Assembly: GCA_965263035.1 (NCBI GenBank)
Contig: OZ253580.1
Location: 4,640,001-4,704,000, forward strand
Direction of reading: 5' to 3'
Origin: Acidobacteriota bacterium
GTDB taxonomy: Bacteria > Acidobacteriota > UBA6911 > RPQK01 > JAJDTT01
Length of the DNA: 64,000 nucleotides
This document shows positions 1 through 10,697 of this stretch, piece after piece (the stretch's first letter is position 1; every line of letters starts with the position of its first letter). The notes under the pieces are model-generated. The model had not been told where the DNA came from. It searched no databases and worked only from the letters and a program-made list of their open reading frames with translations. The translations under genes were made by a program, and so were the position numbers.

Positions 1-378
1 AAGACGTCCCAAAATAGGAAGCAGGAATGCTTCTGTCTTTCCTGAGCCTGTGCCAGTCGTCACGACGAGATCGCTGAACGGAGGATTGAGCGCCAGTTCC
101 AGAGCTTCGGCTTGGTGATCGTACGGCGGATCGAAGATCACCCCGTTTTCGCCCAAGTTAACCAACAGGTCCGTTACACCTAGTGGAAGCGAGAGATCGC
201 GGAAGCTGCGTGAGCCCTCATAGCGAGCCGTACTTTCGACGTACGGTTGTTGGGCGAGTGTGCCGTCCCGCGCGAGGAGTTCTGCCCTCATATCCACCAA
301 AGCAGGATTGGACAAGTGATATGTGGACGTGATGTATGTCCGGAGTGAGTCGCGTAAACGTTTCAGTTCTTGGTACAT
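1..378 (-). CDS. N-terminus of a large DEAD/DEAH-box (SF2) helicase, probably DUF1998-associated; runs off the window
   Basis: Not in the ORF track. Manual translation from ATG 378: MYQELKRLRDSLRTYITSTYHL...QQPYVES...PYDHQAEAL...DLVVTTGTGSGKTEAFLLPIL (Q motif + Walker A). Lower GC than the backbone. Confidence 0.8.
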   Translation of the reverse strand, partial: MYQELKRLRDSLRTYITSTYHLSNPALVDMRAELLARDGTLAQQPYVESTARYEGSRSFRDLSLPLGVTDLLVNLGENGVIFDPPYDHQAEALELALNPPFSDLVVTTGTGSGKTEAFLLPILGRL

Positions 379-841
379 GCTACGTGTTTGTCCTTCGCGG
401 GAATACCTAACCGGGGTACCCGAGATGACTAGCTTCCATGGTAAAAGTTATCAATCTCCATTGAAACTACAATACTGGAAACGTCAATGGAAAACTAAAG
501 CGGCGTGATCACGCAATTTTGACCCACCTCATGGAAGAAATAGGCCAAGATCGACAGTAATTTCCTGTTCAACGAGTTTGTGTCCTGACGGCCCCGTTCC
601 GACTGAATTCCTGACGCATGTTTTCTGCCGCGCCAAGAATTTCTCCCAGCCGAACCGGTGCCCAGTCGAGATTCACCAATTCTCGTTGGAACTTACCTGT
701 CTGAAATGGTCTTGAAACCCTCGGATCTCGTCCTTTCTCGTTCGCCAATACTCTATATCTGGCGAGACCCCGCCCGAGTTCACGTTCGACCACAGCCCAA
801 CACCGACGCAGACCCCGCAGAAAATTTGTTATCAGGAAAGT

Positions 842-3169
842 ATGGTCATCTCCTATGGAACCTCCTCCCTGGCCCTCCTCCTCTTCCTGGCGCGCGCAGG
901 CCCCGCCTCCGGCGAGACCACCGGAGCCTTGACGGGAACCGTCGTCGACGAGACCGGGGGAGTCCTTCCCGGTGTCGTCGTCAACCTCCAGGCTGCCGGC
1001 GCCGAGCTCACCTCCGTCACCGACGACACGGGGCAGTGGCGCATCGACCGAGTCCCCACGGGACCGGCCACCCTGACTTTCCGGCTGTTCAACTTCGCCA
1101 GCGCCCACCGTGAGCTAACCGTGGCCCAAGGCGAGGTCTTTACGGTGGATGTCGTCCTGGTGCTCTCATTGACCGCTGACGTCGTGGTAACCGCCAAGCG
1201 CACCTTCCGGAACATCGCCGACCTTCCGAAGCCGGCGGAGAACCTGGTCGGGATCGCCTCCGCAGCCAGCGTCGGCGCCATCACCGCGGCCCAGCTCCAA
1301 GCGCGGCCCATCATGCAGCCGGGCGAAGTGCTGGAGACGGTTCCGGGCCTGGTCATCAGTCAGCACAGCGGCGAGGGAAAGGCCAACCAGTACTACCTGC
1401 GCGGCTTCAACCTGGATCATGGAACGGATTTCGCGACCACCGTCGCCGGAGTGCCTCTGAACATGCCGTCCGTCGCCCACGCCTCCGGCTACTCGGACTC
1501 CAACATGATCATTCCCGAGTTGGTGAGCGGCATCCAGTTCAGGAAGGGACCGTACTTCGCGGAAGACGGTGACTTTTCCGCCGCCGGCTCGGCCAACGTC
1601 AGCTACATGAACCTGCTGGAGCAGCCGGTGGCCAGCATCAGCACCGGCGGCCAAGGCTGGAGCCGCTTTTTTGGCGCCGCGTCACCGCACGTGGGCGACG
1701 GCAACCTGCTCATCGGCGTCGAAGTGGGCAGAAACGACGGTCCCTGGGTCGAGCCCGACGACATGCGCAAGGTGAACGGCATCCTGCGCTACAGCCGGGG
1801 AGACACGCGAAACGGCTTCTCCGTCACCGGCCTGAGCTATTCGGCGAATTGGCATGCAACGGACTAGGTGCCGGTCCGGGCCATCGAATCCGGCCGGATC
1901 GAGGGCATCGATACCACCGGCGGCGGACGGACCTACCGGCATGGCATCGTCGCCGACAGTCTGCGCTCGAACGGAGAGACCTCGACCCGAATCACCGCCT
2001 TCGGCATGCGTTACGGACTGAACCTGATCCAGAATTTTACCTATTTTCTGGCCAATTCCGTCGACGGGGATCAGTTCGAGAAGGTGGACCGCCGTACCTC
2101 GACAGGTGGCAAGGTCATCCACCGGCGCCTGCGGCAGTTCCTTGGACGGCCCATGGAATGGAAGGCCGGCACCCAGTTGCGCCACGACGACTCCAGTGTC
2201 ATCGGTCTGTACGACACGGTTAGGCAGCACCGCACCAACACGGTGCGTGAGGACGCGCTGCGCCAGACGTCGCTGGGCCTGTTCGGCGAGGGCGTGCTCG
2301 ATTGGACTTCATATTTCCGGACCTCGGTCGGGATTCGAGCCGACATCTATCGATTCGCCGTCGACGCCAACAATCCGTTGAACGCCGGCGCCGGCGTGGA
2401 TTCCATCGTCAGCCCCAAGCTGACGGCGATCCTGGGGCCGTGGCAGCAGACCGAGTTCTACGCCAATTGGGGAGAAGGCTTCCACAGCAACGACGTGCGC
2501 TGTGCGACGATCCGGGTTGACCCGCGCACCGGCGAGCCGGCCGAGAGGTTCCGTCCGCTGGTCAAGGCGCGCGGGGGCGAGATCGGCGTGCGGACGGTGA
2601 GGCTGCACGGGCTGCATTCGACGGTGGCATTCTGGTATCTGGACTTCGATTCGGAGTTGGTCTTCCTGGGCGATGCGGGCGTGACGGCCGCCAGCCGTCC
2701 AAGCTACCGCTACGGCATCGAGTGGGCGAACTATATGCTGCTCACACCCTGGATGACGGTCGAGGCCGACCTCGCGTTCACCTCTGCGCGGTTTTCGGAC
2801 GACGACCCCGCCGGACCGCGGATTCCAGGTTCGCTCAACCGCGTTTTCTCCGGCGCCCTCACGTTCGAGCCGGTGAAGCGCTTGTTCGGGAGCGTTCGCG
2901 TGCGCCATTTCGGACCTCGACCCTTCATCGAGGACAATTCCGTGAGGTCCGATTCGACGACCGTGTGGAACGGGCAGTTCGGCATCCGCTTCAACCGGCG
3001 CGTCACCGTCTCGTTTGAAGTGTTCAACCTCCTGAACTCCCCGGTGTCGGACATCGACTACTTCTATACGTCGCGTCTCCAGGGAGAACCGTTGGAGGGG
3101 GGGGACGACGTGCATACCCATCCCTCCATCCCGCGGACCGCGCGCGTCGCACTGCAAATGAGGTTTTAG
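842..3169 (+). pseudogene. TonB-dependent receptor (carboxypeptidase-regulatory-like N-domain, plug, barrel) with one in-frame TAG at 1865-1867
   Basis: ORFs 842-1867 and 1868-3169 are contiguous and in frame (NWHATD*VPVRAI). Signal peptide, plug motif GKANQYYLRGFNLDHGTDF, C-terminal Phe. Confidence 0.85.
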
Positions 3170-3379
3170 CCAGAGCCGGAGCGGTAGCCGCGTTGTCACG
3201 AAACCAAGAAATCCAGGCCAAGCGTCGGACTGTTGGGGGCCGGCCGGATCGGGCAGGATCAACGACGTCAGTTTGGTCGCCCCTGGAAAACTACCGGACA
3301 CCGGCGAACGAACCGTCGCTATCCCTCACGCACGAAAATTAAGGAGTAGAGAAGGTGACTGTCCCCTTCTCCCACGTCG

Positions 3380-3760
3380 TCACCGTTTACCAGACCGCAG
3401 CGCAGGTCGAGTGCCGCGGCGGCTCTCGCCAGGGGCTGCCAAGGCCGCAGCCGTTTGAATGTCGCCGATCAGTCGATTCCTGTCCCCCGCCAGCTTGCGA
3501 AAATCGCACTCGACTTGGATGCCATGCCAGAACTTGTCCGACTGACCGAAGAAGGCGCCAAAACGAATCGACATGGGCGGAGTGATCGACCGCCGCCCAA
3601 GGACGATTTCGTTGATCGCCCTTGGGGAGACACCGATGGCGCGGGCCATTGCATTCTGTGAAATCCCCATCGGTTTAAGGTATTCCTCAAGCAAAATCTC
3701 TCCGGGCGTGATGGGCTCTTTCATGTCTATATCCTGTAACGTCATAGGGTCACGAGTCAA
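3380..3760 (-). CDS. higA: HigA-family antitoxin (HTH), copy 1
   Basis: [45 protein letters not shown]; directly downstream of higB. True start may be 3745 or 3724. Confidence 0.9.
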   Translation of the reverse strand: MTRDPMTLQDIDMKEPITPGEILLEEYLKPMGISQNAMARAIGVSPRAINEIVLGRRSITPPMSIRFGAFFGQSDKFWHGIQVECDFRKLAGDRNRLIGDIQTAAALAAPGESRRGTRPALRSGKR

Positions 3761-4035
3761 CGATAATCTATGATTGCCACCTGTTCTGGTCCGGCATCAG
3801 TCCACCTGAAGACAACGCGCCACCGGTTGTTGACTCGAATGGAATGAAAGCTCGAAAGGCGACCCTTAAGAGCTTCAAGCCGGTTGCCGGGCGGGATGGC
3901 AAGATCCCGTAGTTCACGGGCCTGATTCATCTGGATCAATTTTCGCAGCGCGACTCGCGAAATAGTTGCGAACCGGCGGTTGGTTTCAGATTAGAAAAGC
4001 TCTTTGGTGTCCTCATCCGAGAATGATTGAATCAT
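3757..4035 (-). pseudogene. higB: HigB (RelE-like) toxin, copy 1, with nonsense TAA at 3991-3993
   Basis: [20 protein letters not shown]...[11 protein letters not shown]...SIRVNNRWRVVFRW. Copy 2 has GAA (Glu) at the same codon. Confidence 0.88.
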
Positions 4036-4052
4036 CGCTAACGCATGGGACA

Positions 4053-4353
4053 CAGGCATTTCTGCCTGAACAGGTGGTGGATGGCCCACTCCGTGACCAC
4101 CGGATACTGGATGCCGTTTCAACTCCGGCGCTTGTCTGGAGCCGGATACCCGAGCTTTGCAGATCATCCGCTTGACCTGCTCCGGGTTGTGCATTCCAAC
4201 CCAGCCGGCCGCTGCCTACCTGAGCCCTGTGACGGCGCCGTCCGAGCATGAACCGTCCGTGATAGCCACGACCACTTCCTTGCCTTCTTTAACGTGGAGC
4301 CCCTCTTGCGGAATGAACAAATCCTTTGAAAACCTCGTCGTGATCTCTCTCAT
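4053..4353 (-). pseudogene. Decayed AF2212/DUF104-like antitoxin (in-frame TAG 4216-4218) followed by a probable N-terminal remnant of a PIN/VapC toxin
   Basis: MREITTRFSKDLFIPQEGLHVKEGKEVVVAI...GLR*AAAGWVGMHNPEQVKRMI...SRQAPEL; then, in another frame, IQYPVVTEWAIHHL, which resembles the PIN start YLxDTxW. Confidence 0.5.
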
Positions 4354-4551
4354 CGTTACCAATCGCTTCCACAGACCCTGGAAGTGACGCAACTGAGAAA
4401 TTCTGGATTTCGAATTCGTGAATCCCCCGTTTCTCAGTACGACATCCGGAACCGGACCCGACACGCCGAATCGCCACGATGGATTTCCGATTCGAAGGGT
4501 TCTGCGTATCCTTTACTTCCCAGGTATCTGGTGAGGCTGACACGGTCTGAA

Positions 4552-4594
4552 GCGGAAGCGACGGGAGACATGACACCCATGCCGCTGACACGAG
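4552..4594 (+). pseudogene. Remnant of the toxin-stop/antitoxin-start junction of the addiction module seen at 8502-9154
   Basis: cggaagcgacgggagacatgacacccatgccgctgacacgag aligns with cgcaaacggcgggagacctgaaaaccatgcctttgacacgag (8811-8852); both give MPLTR. Confidence 0.6.
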
Positions 4595-4769
4595 GGGTAC
4601 GAGGGGTAGAGAAGGTGACTGTCTCCTTTTTCGCGTACGCTCACGGAGCCTGGATCGGCTGAATTCGTGCTTTGAGAATCATCCGGGAGCACGGCCCTCA
4701 TACCCGGGACCGGGAAAGGGACAGTCTATTTCTCCCGAGGTTGGGCTCTCCTCACGCTCGCGGAATCCC

Positions 4770-5648
4770 TCATTCACCTGCGACTTCGATCAGCAGGCGG
4801 CAGTGGTCACTTGCACCCCACTCTTTGACGGCGTTCATGGCGCGAACCTTGACGCTCTTGTGGAAGCCGCGGGAGGCGAACGCATAGTCAAGCTGAAGCT
4901 GGGCGGTCTCGGGGAACTGGCGGATCGTGTGGTAGGTAGGCACGTTCCGAGTATCGGTCGGCAAGCCCCCGGGTGTTGGGTGCGCCTGCCGTCCCGCAGG
5001 AAATTTAGGTCCCATGAACTCCAAGCCGAGCGCGTCCATTCTGTCAAATACGCTGCCGTCGCGGGACATGGGTGCCGACGGACCGTCGTCGGTACCGCCG
5101 TAGACCATATTGAGGTCGCCCGCCGCCAGTATTCGATGTGTGCTTGGATCAAAGTTGCCTATGAATGCCGAAATGTCCGAGATAATGCGGTGGGCTGAAC
5201 CGTCGGCATAGCCTACGCTCCACTTACTCTTCGTAGACGGGTGCGGCCTTATCCAGCGCGCATACATGGACACAGCGATACACGGCGGGGCATCTGGTGG
5301 GATGATCCTGGCCGCGGCAATCGTAGCGATTCCGCTGACGGCGATCTCGTCCTCCATCGTTTGGCTGATCGGGCTAACCTGCTTGAACCATTCGACTTGG
5401 ACCCGGTCGGAGAGTTTCACGACCATAGGGAAGCGGTCGTATAGTCTTTTGAATCGACCCTCATACCAACGCGAATTCCATACGTGTGGGTCCCAATGTT
5501 CCGCGTTACCGGTCTGGACCCTGCCGGCAACGCCGTTTGGTACTTTTCCGGCTTCTTGGAGCAAGGCGACGCCAGCATCCATTTTCACGAGTTGCTCCCA
5601 TGGTTTGCGACGCTTACCGATGTTCCAGCACACTATTTTTGTTGCCAT
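4770..5648 (-). CDS. Endonuclease/exonuclease/phosphatase (EEP) family protein
   Basis: CWNI, LLQEA, AGDLN, LDYAF and SDH motifs. Confidence 0.85.
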   Translation of the reverse strand: MATKIVCWNIGKRRKPWEQLVKMDAGVALLQEAGKVPNGVAGRVQTGNAEHWDPHVWNSRWYEGRFKRLYDRFPMVVKLSDRVQVEWFKQVSPISQTMEDEIAVSGIATIAAARIIPPDAPPCIAVSMYARWIRPHPSTKSKWSVGYADGSAHRIISDISAFIGNFDPSTHRILAAGDLNMVYGGTDDGPSAPMSRDGSVFDRMDALGLEFMGPKFPAGRQAHPTPGGLPTDTRNVPTYHTIRQFPETAQLQLDYAFASRGFHKSVKVRAMNAVKEWGASDHCRLLIEVAGE

Positions 5649-5821
5649 TTCTACCTCTGAAGTCGTAATCGCTGGTAGTGTAGCAAGGTCATTTTTAACA
5701 CTCTCTCTGAGCCAGATCCTTTTCGCTCCCCAGGCCGGAAACCTATTCCGACTCCTTATTCCATAGCGTCTGAGTTAATCTTCTTGCACAGGATCCCTCG
5801 TTCAACATCTGGAGGCATCTG

Positions 5822-6793
5822 ATGAACCGACTCGCCGTGCTGTCTTTATTCGCTGCGTCAACGGTCTTCGCGAGCGACCATCAACTGAAACCGGTCCGGA
5901 TTGCTGTCCCGGTCGACGGGCACATTCACCCGGCGGCCTGTGTCACCCGCTCGGGGACGATCGTTGTGACGTACGGGCGAGTGAATCACGTGGACCTGCG
6001 CATCACTCGATCATCGGACGGAGGAATGACATGGTCCGAACCTGTGCCGTTCGTCCATACCGTCGATAAGACGTATTACCCGGGCTCGCTGACGACGCTG
6101 AGCGACGGCCGCCTGTTGCATTGCTGGAACCGTTGGGATACGCCGGTCACTCAGAAAGAACCGCGGTCTGTTTTGTACTCACTGTCGAATGACGACGGAG
6201 TATCGTGGAGCGACCCGCAGCCATTCCCGCGTGATCCCGAAGTCAGATCCGTCATCCGGCACCCCATTACCGAACTGAAGTCAGGGCAATGGCTCGTGTC
6301 GTTGATAGACCGGACGTTCGTGTTTGATCCGGCCACTTCCAACGCGACACCGTTCGGCGACGGCCGTATGCATGGGTTGGTCCCGATTGTTCAGACTCCG
6401 CGAGGCACGTTCGTCAGCGGCGCCGGCATCCGATCAACGGACGACGGCGAGACGTGGAAGATCATCGAAGGCTTTCCGGACATCAGTACGCAGGGCTGGC
6501 GGCACGAAATGGTCGGTCTGAAAAATGGCTGGCTGCTGGCCTCGGAGATTCTAGGACCAGGCTTTGGCGGGGAGCGCATCCGCTATCGCCTCTCATACGA
6601 CGACGGGCAGACATGGGATGGCGTGTTTGAGTACTACAACCCTGGCCGGGCGATCAACGGCCGGGCCTGCCCCCGAACAGTGCAACTCGACGATAAGACA
6701 ATCGGCGTGGTCTTTTACGACATCGACAAAGATCAGGAGGGCGGACCGGGTTTGTTCTTCCTGCGAATCCCGATTGCGAAGCTAGGGCCGTAG
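5822..6793 (+). CDS. Secreted BNR/Asp-box sialidase-family protein
   Basis: Signal peptide; Asp boxes SSDGGMTW, SNDDGVSW, STDDGETW, SYDDGQTW; RBS ggagg. Confidence 0.85.
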   Translation: MNRLAVLSLFAASTVFASDHQLKPVRIAVPVDGHIHPAACVTRSGTIVVTYGRVNHVDLRITRSSDGGMTWSEPVPFVHTVDKTYYPGSLTTLSDGRLLHCWNRWDTPVTQKEPRSVLYSLSNDDGVSWSDPQPFPRDPEVRSVIRHPITELKSGQWLVSLIDRTFVFDPATSNATPFGDGRMHGLVPIVQTPRGTFVSGAGIRSTDDGETWKIIEGFPDISTQGWRHEMVGLKNGWLLASEILGPGFGGERIRYRLSYDDGQTWDGVFEYYNPGRAINGRACPRTVQLDDKTIGVVFYDIDKDQEGGPGLFFLRIPIAKLGP

Positions 6794-6828
6794 AGTAGCG
6801 TCATCGTCAGCTCCGGGCTAAGGGTCGG

Positions 6829-6905
6829 CTAGGAGGGGCGATTTCCAGTCGCCCATTCCGCCATGCTCCACCGGAGTTCGGCGGTTGGAAACCGCCGCTC
6901 CTCCC
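6829..6905. repeat. REP pair (REPIN-like, inverted) between convergent genes
   Basis: ctaggaggggcgatttccagtcgccc ... cggcggttggaaaccgccgctcc. Confidence 0.8.
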
Positions 6906-6939
6906 CTTTTTCTACCGGGTGTCACCATCAGCGCCCGTT

Positions 6940-8355
6940 TCAAGGTGGGGTGGCCAGATACACGAGTTCGCCGGCCTTGTAGACGGCGGCCACCGAGCGG
7001 GTGTTGCGGATGTCCGCCAGTGGATCCGCCGAGAGTACGACCAGGTCGGCCAGCTTCCCGGCTTCGACGGTTCCGAGCCGATCCTCCAGACCCAGGCCCT
7101 CGGCACCGTTTCGGGTCGCCATGACGATCACGTCAGCCTCGTCGATGCCCGCCTGGACCAGGAGCTCCAGCTCCCGATGCAGGCTCACGCCTGGCGTCAT
7201 CCAGGGCATTCCCAGGTCGCTCCCTGCAGTCAGCCTCACTCCCCCCTCATGAAGCCTCCGCACGATCTGGAGTGCGACGGGGAATACGTCCTTGCCGGAC
7301 GTGAAGTCCTGAGCGATTCCCACGGGGTTGGTGAAGACGAACGGGTTTCGCTGCTGCCAATCCGAACCCCAGAGCGAGACGACCGAGGGCGGAGCCCGCT
7401 GAGGTTCGAGCCGCTCGAGAACCTTCGGGTCGTCACCGAAGTAGAGGCTCTCCATCACGACCAGGGTCGGGTCGACCGTCACATCGTTGGCAACGAGGGC
7501 GGCAATCAAGGAGCTCATCAGTTCGCCGTCAAGCTCCACCAACTCGATCCAACGGGCGTAGTACTCCGGGTAGGGCAGTGCCCTCAGTTGGTCCCGGTGC
7601 CTTTCGGGGACCAGCTCCCAGGTCGGCCCGTCTGCACCGCTGTGGACCAGGGAATCGATTCCCATTCGTGCCGCCTGGGTCCAGCTCGTTGCCCGGAGGT
7701 GGCCGGCGACCCTCAGACCGAGCGTGTGGGCCTCTTCGATCGCAGCGGCCATCAGCTCTGGGGTCACGTCCCAGTACAACTTGATCATGTCCGCACCCGC
7801 CGCAGCCTGTTGTCGAACCACGTCCCGGATCTCATCCGGTGTCGCCACGGGCACCGTCCAGTCGAATCGGCTCGGAGACCCGTCGATGAAGGCGGCGCCG
7901 GTAATCATCCGCGGTCCGCGAATCCGGCCCGCCTCGATCTGATCCCGGAGCTCGACGCCGGCGCCTTGCGCGGCGCCCGGGCTGCGTACCGTGGTCACTC
8001 CGAACTCAAGCAACGCCTGCACGGTCTCGATCCGGGCCTCGGGGTGAACATGGACGTGCATGTCGATGAATCCCGGAAGCACGAAGTGGCCCGAAACGTC
8101 TCTTCGCCGTGCCGAGTCGGGGCAATGGAAATCACCCGCGCTGCCGATCCTGAGGATTCGGTCGCCGTCCACCACAACGACGCTGTCCTCGAGCGGTGCG
8201 GTGCCGATTCCGTCAATCAGAGTGGCTCCTTCGAGGACAAGAAGCCCATCGCCCACAAGCACCTCAGCGGGTTCACCGCACGCGGCACAAGCCAGGGTAA
8301 GTGCGAGAGCGCTCGCAATAAGTGGTCTGCTGCGCGATCCTGCTGCTCCTGACAT
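6940..8355 (-). CDS. Amidohydrolase family lipoprotein (imidazolonepropionase-like)
   Basis: PGFIDMHVH, AGSD, GTVEAGKLADLVVL; lipobox-like LACAAC. Confidence 0.85.
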   Translation of the reverse strand: MSGAAGSRSRPLIASALALTLACAACGEPAEVLVGDGLLVLEGATLIDGIGTAPLEDSVVVVDGDRILRIGSAGDFHCPDSARRRDVSGHFVLPGFIDMHVHVHPEARIETVQALLEFGVTTVRSPGAAQGAGVELRDQIEAGRIRGPRMITGAAFIDGSPSRFDWTVPVATPDEIRDVVRQQAAAGADMIKLYWDVTPELMAAAIEEAHTLGLRVAGHLRATSWTQAARMGIDSLVHSGADGPTWELVPERHRDQLRALPYPEYYARWIELVELDGELMSSLIAALVANDVTVDPTLVVMESLYFGDDPKVLERLEPQRAPPSVVSLWGSDWQQRNPFVFTNPVGIAQDFTSGKDVFPVALQIVRRLHEGGVRLTAGSDLGMPWMTPGVSLHRELELLVQAGIDEADVIVMATRNGAEGLGLEDRLGTVEAGKLADLVVLSADPLADIRNTRSVAAVYKAGELVYLATPP

Positions 8356-8501
8356 CGACGGCCTACCGTGGTGGCATTGGATCACATCTTCGCCGACAGG
8401 GTCGTTGGGAACGAGAAAGGGACAGTCTACTTCTTCCGACCAGGCAAGAATCTTGACTCCGGGCCACTTATCAGTGGTAACATATAAGAAACCATAAAGT
8501 G

Positions 8502-8831
8502 ATGATTGAGATCAGGGAGTACCTGGACACCGAAGGCCGCAGTCCGTACGGCAGTTGATTCAATCGGCTGAATCCTCGCGCTGCAGCCAAGGTCGCTACC
8601 GCCTTGGTTCGTATGGAGCATGGAAACCTCTCCAACGTCAAGGGTGTCGGTGCCGGTGTTCTCGAGTGTCGGATTGACTTCGGTCCGGACTATCGTGTGT
8701 ATTTCGGAAAGGACGGCGATGTCCTGATCATCCTGTTGGGCGGAGGAACCAAGAAACGCCAGCAGAGGGAGATCGCGGCCGCCCGTAGACTCTGGCAAGA
8801 ATACCGGCGACGCAAACGGCGGGAGACCTGA
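8502..8831 (+). pseudogene. RelE/ParE-type addiction-module killer toxin with TGA at 8556-8558
   Basis: MIEIREYLDTEGRSPYGS*FNRLN...GNLSNVKGVGAGVLECRIDFGPDYRVYFGKDG...LLGGGTKKRQ. The stop is at a position that is normally Trp (TGG>TGA). Confidence 0.85.
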
Positions 8832-8836
8832 AAACC

Positions 8837-9154
8837 ATGCCTTTGACACGAGACTTCAAGGAAACGATTCAGGCGCGCATCGAGAGCGATCCGGTGTTCC
8901 GCGAAGAACTGCTCAAGGAAGGGATTGAGTGCCTCCTTTCGGATGACGTGGATACGGGGAAGGCAGTACTACGCGATTACATCAACGCCACGATTGGCTT
9001 TCAGGCGCTTGGCGGATTGACCGAGAAATCTCCCAAGAGCCTGATGCGGATGTTCGGTCCCAAAGGCAACCCCCAAGCCCGAAACCTGTTCCAAATCATC
9101 GGCTTCCTTCAGAAACAAGAGGGGTTGCGCCTAAAGGTGGACGTGATTCGTTAG
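8837..9154 (+). CDS. Addiction-module antidote (HTH transcriptional regulator)
   Basis: MPLTRDFKETIQARI...LRDYINATIGF...SPKSLMRMFGPKGNPQARNLF; follows the toxin. Confidence 0.85.
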   Translation: MPLTRDFKETIQARIESDPVFREELLKEGIECLLSDDVDTGKAVLRDYINATIGFQALGGLTEKSPKSLMRMFGPKGNPQARNLFQIIGFLQKQEGLRLKVDVIR

Positions 9155-9477
9155 GTCAATCCGCACTCTTAAGATCCAATAAATCATTTTGATCGGGTCC
9201 AAAACCCAGGTGGGGCCAATCGGAGATCGGTTTTTTCGTTGCAGAGTCAGCCAGGAGCCTTACCGCCGGGCTGCTCGGCTAAATGAGGGAGGTTCTTCCC
9301 GGTGCCATCGTCAATGCTGGATACGGTGGTACTGGCGCTCCGCCTGGATGGACCGAGAAAGGGATGGTCTACTTCTTCCGCGCCTGTGCTTCCGGCGCTG
9401 GGTCCGCGGTTTGCGGACGCGGGGGCTCTCGTTGAAGCGTCATGAGGTCAGGGGTGACGCCTGGGGGCCACCTGTCG

Positions 9478-9858
9478 TTACCGTTCACCAGAATGCTGCG
9501 CTGGTCGAGTGGCGTGGAGCCTCTCGCCACGGGCTGCCAGTGCCGTGGCCGGTTGAATGCCGGCAATCAGTCGGTTCCTGTCACCTGCGAGCTTGCGAAA
9601 GTCGCACTCGACTTGGATGCCATGCCAGAACTTGTCCGACTGACCGAAGAAAGCGCCAAAGCGAATTGACATGGGCGGAGTGATCGACCGCCGCCCAAGG
9701 ACGATTTCGTTAATCGCCCTCGGGGAGACACCGATTGCGCGGGCCATGGCATTTTGTGAAATCCTCAGCGGCTTGAGGTATTCCTCAAGCAAAATCTCAC
9801 CGGGCGTGATGGGCTCTTTCATGGCTATATCCTGTAACGTCATAGGGTAACACGTCAA
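9478..9858 (-). CDS. higA: HigA-family antitoxin, copy 2
   Basis: Near-identical paralogue of 3380-3760. Confidence 0.9.
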   Translation of the reverse strand: MTCYPMTLQDIAMKEPITPGEILLEEYLKPLRISQNAMARAIGVSPRAINEIVLGRRSITPPMSIRFGAFFGQSDKFWHGIQVECDFRKLAGDRNRLIAGIQPATALAARGERLHATRPAQHSGER

Positions 9859-10133
9859 TGATAATCTACGATTGCCACTTGTTCTGGTCCGGCATCAGTC
9901 CACCTGAAGACAATGCGCCATTGGTCGTTGATACGAATCGAATAAAGGCTCGAAAGGCGACCCTTGAGAGCTTCAAGCCGGTTGCCGGGCGGGATGGCAA
10001 GATCCCGTAGCTTACGGGCCTGATTCATTTGGATCAATTTTCGCAGCGCGACTCGCGAAATAGTGGCGAACCGGCGGTTGGTTTCCGATTCGAAAAGCTC
10101 TTTGGTGTCTTCGTCCGAGAATGATTGAATCAT
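9855..10133 (-). CDS. higB: HigB toxin, copy 2, intact
   Basis: [21 protein letters not shown]...[11 protein letters not shown]...[14 protein letters not shown]...IVDYH. Confidence 0.9.
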   Translation of the reverse strand: MIQSFSDEDTKELFESETNRRFATISRVALRKLIQMNQARKLRDLAIPPGNRLEALKGRLSSLYSIRINDQWRIVFRWTDAGPEQVAIVDYH

Positions 10134-10316
10134 CGTTAACGCATGCGGCACAGGCATTCCAGCCCAACCGACCGCGGATTCCCTGCGCCCCGTGACGGCA
10201 CCGTCCGAGGATGCACCGTCCGTGATAGCCACGACTACTTCCTTGCCTTCCTTAACGTGGAGCCCCTCCTGCGGAATGAACAAATCCTTTGAAAACTTCG
10301 TCTTGATCTCTCTCAT
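10134..10316 (-). pseudogene. Internally deleted DUF104-like antitoxin remnant, fused in frame upstream of higB copy 2
   Basis: MREIKTKFSKDLFIPQEGLHVKEGKEVVVAI. About 135 bp present in copy 1 is missing between the gaatgc/aaatgc microhomologies. Confidence 0.55.
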
Positions 10317-10424
10317 CGCTACGGATCGCTTCCACAGACCCTGGAATTGTCGCGGCGGACCGGGAAAGGGACAGTCTGCTTCTCCCGTGACAGACAGACC
10401 CACATTCCTGGAACGACATGAGTG

Positions 10425-10591
10425 CTAGGAGCCTGCGCCGCAGAAATTGATCTCCTGCGAAAGCGGTAGAATCGGTCCATATTTCCCCGATTTCTCGGCG
10501 AATAGAACGACTATGCACCTCAAAATCGAGAAAATCTGGCCTCGATTCCCCACTTTCTCGCTACGATCATTTCTACCGCGCAGACTCCTAG
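10425..10591 (+). mobile_element. MITE (~160 bp) with ~24-bp imperfect terminal inverted repeats and CTAG flanks, copy 1
   Basis: CTAG-GAGCCTGCGCCGCAGAAATTGATC ... GATCATTTCTACCGCGCAGACTC-CTAG; near-identical copies at 31961 and 39878. Confidence 0.92.
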
Positions 10592-10697
10592 GAGGGGACA
10601 TTCCTGTCCCCCTCTTCACTTGTATACTCGACTGCGCAGTTGAGCCGGGTGTCAACTTCAGCGCCCGCCACATCGTCACGCAACCAAGGGGAATTCC

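Noticed and set aside
510-841. Riboswitch upstream of the TonB receptor
   Set aside because: No cobalamin, TPP or other conserved aptamer motif recognisable by eye; an Rfam scan would settle it.
3240-3350. Possible further toxin remnant (TGERTVAIPHARKLR) before the motif at 3355
   Set aside because: Too short and degenerate to assign without a search.
9855-10403. 182-aa antitoxin-HigB fusion protein
   Set aside because: Comparison with copy 1 shows the fusion results from a deletion; HigB has its own ATG at 10133.
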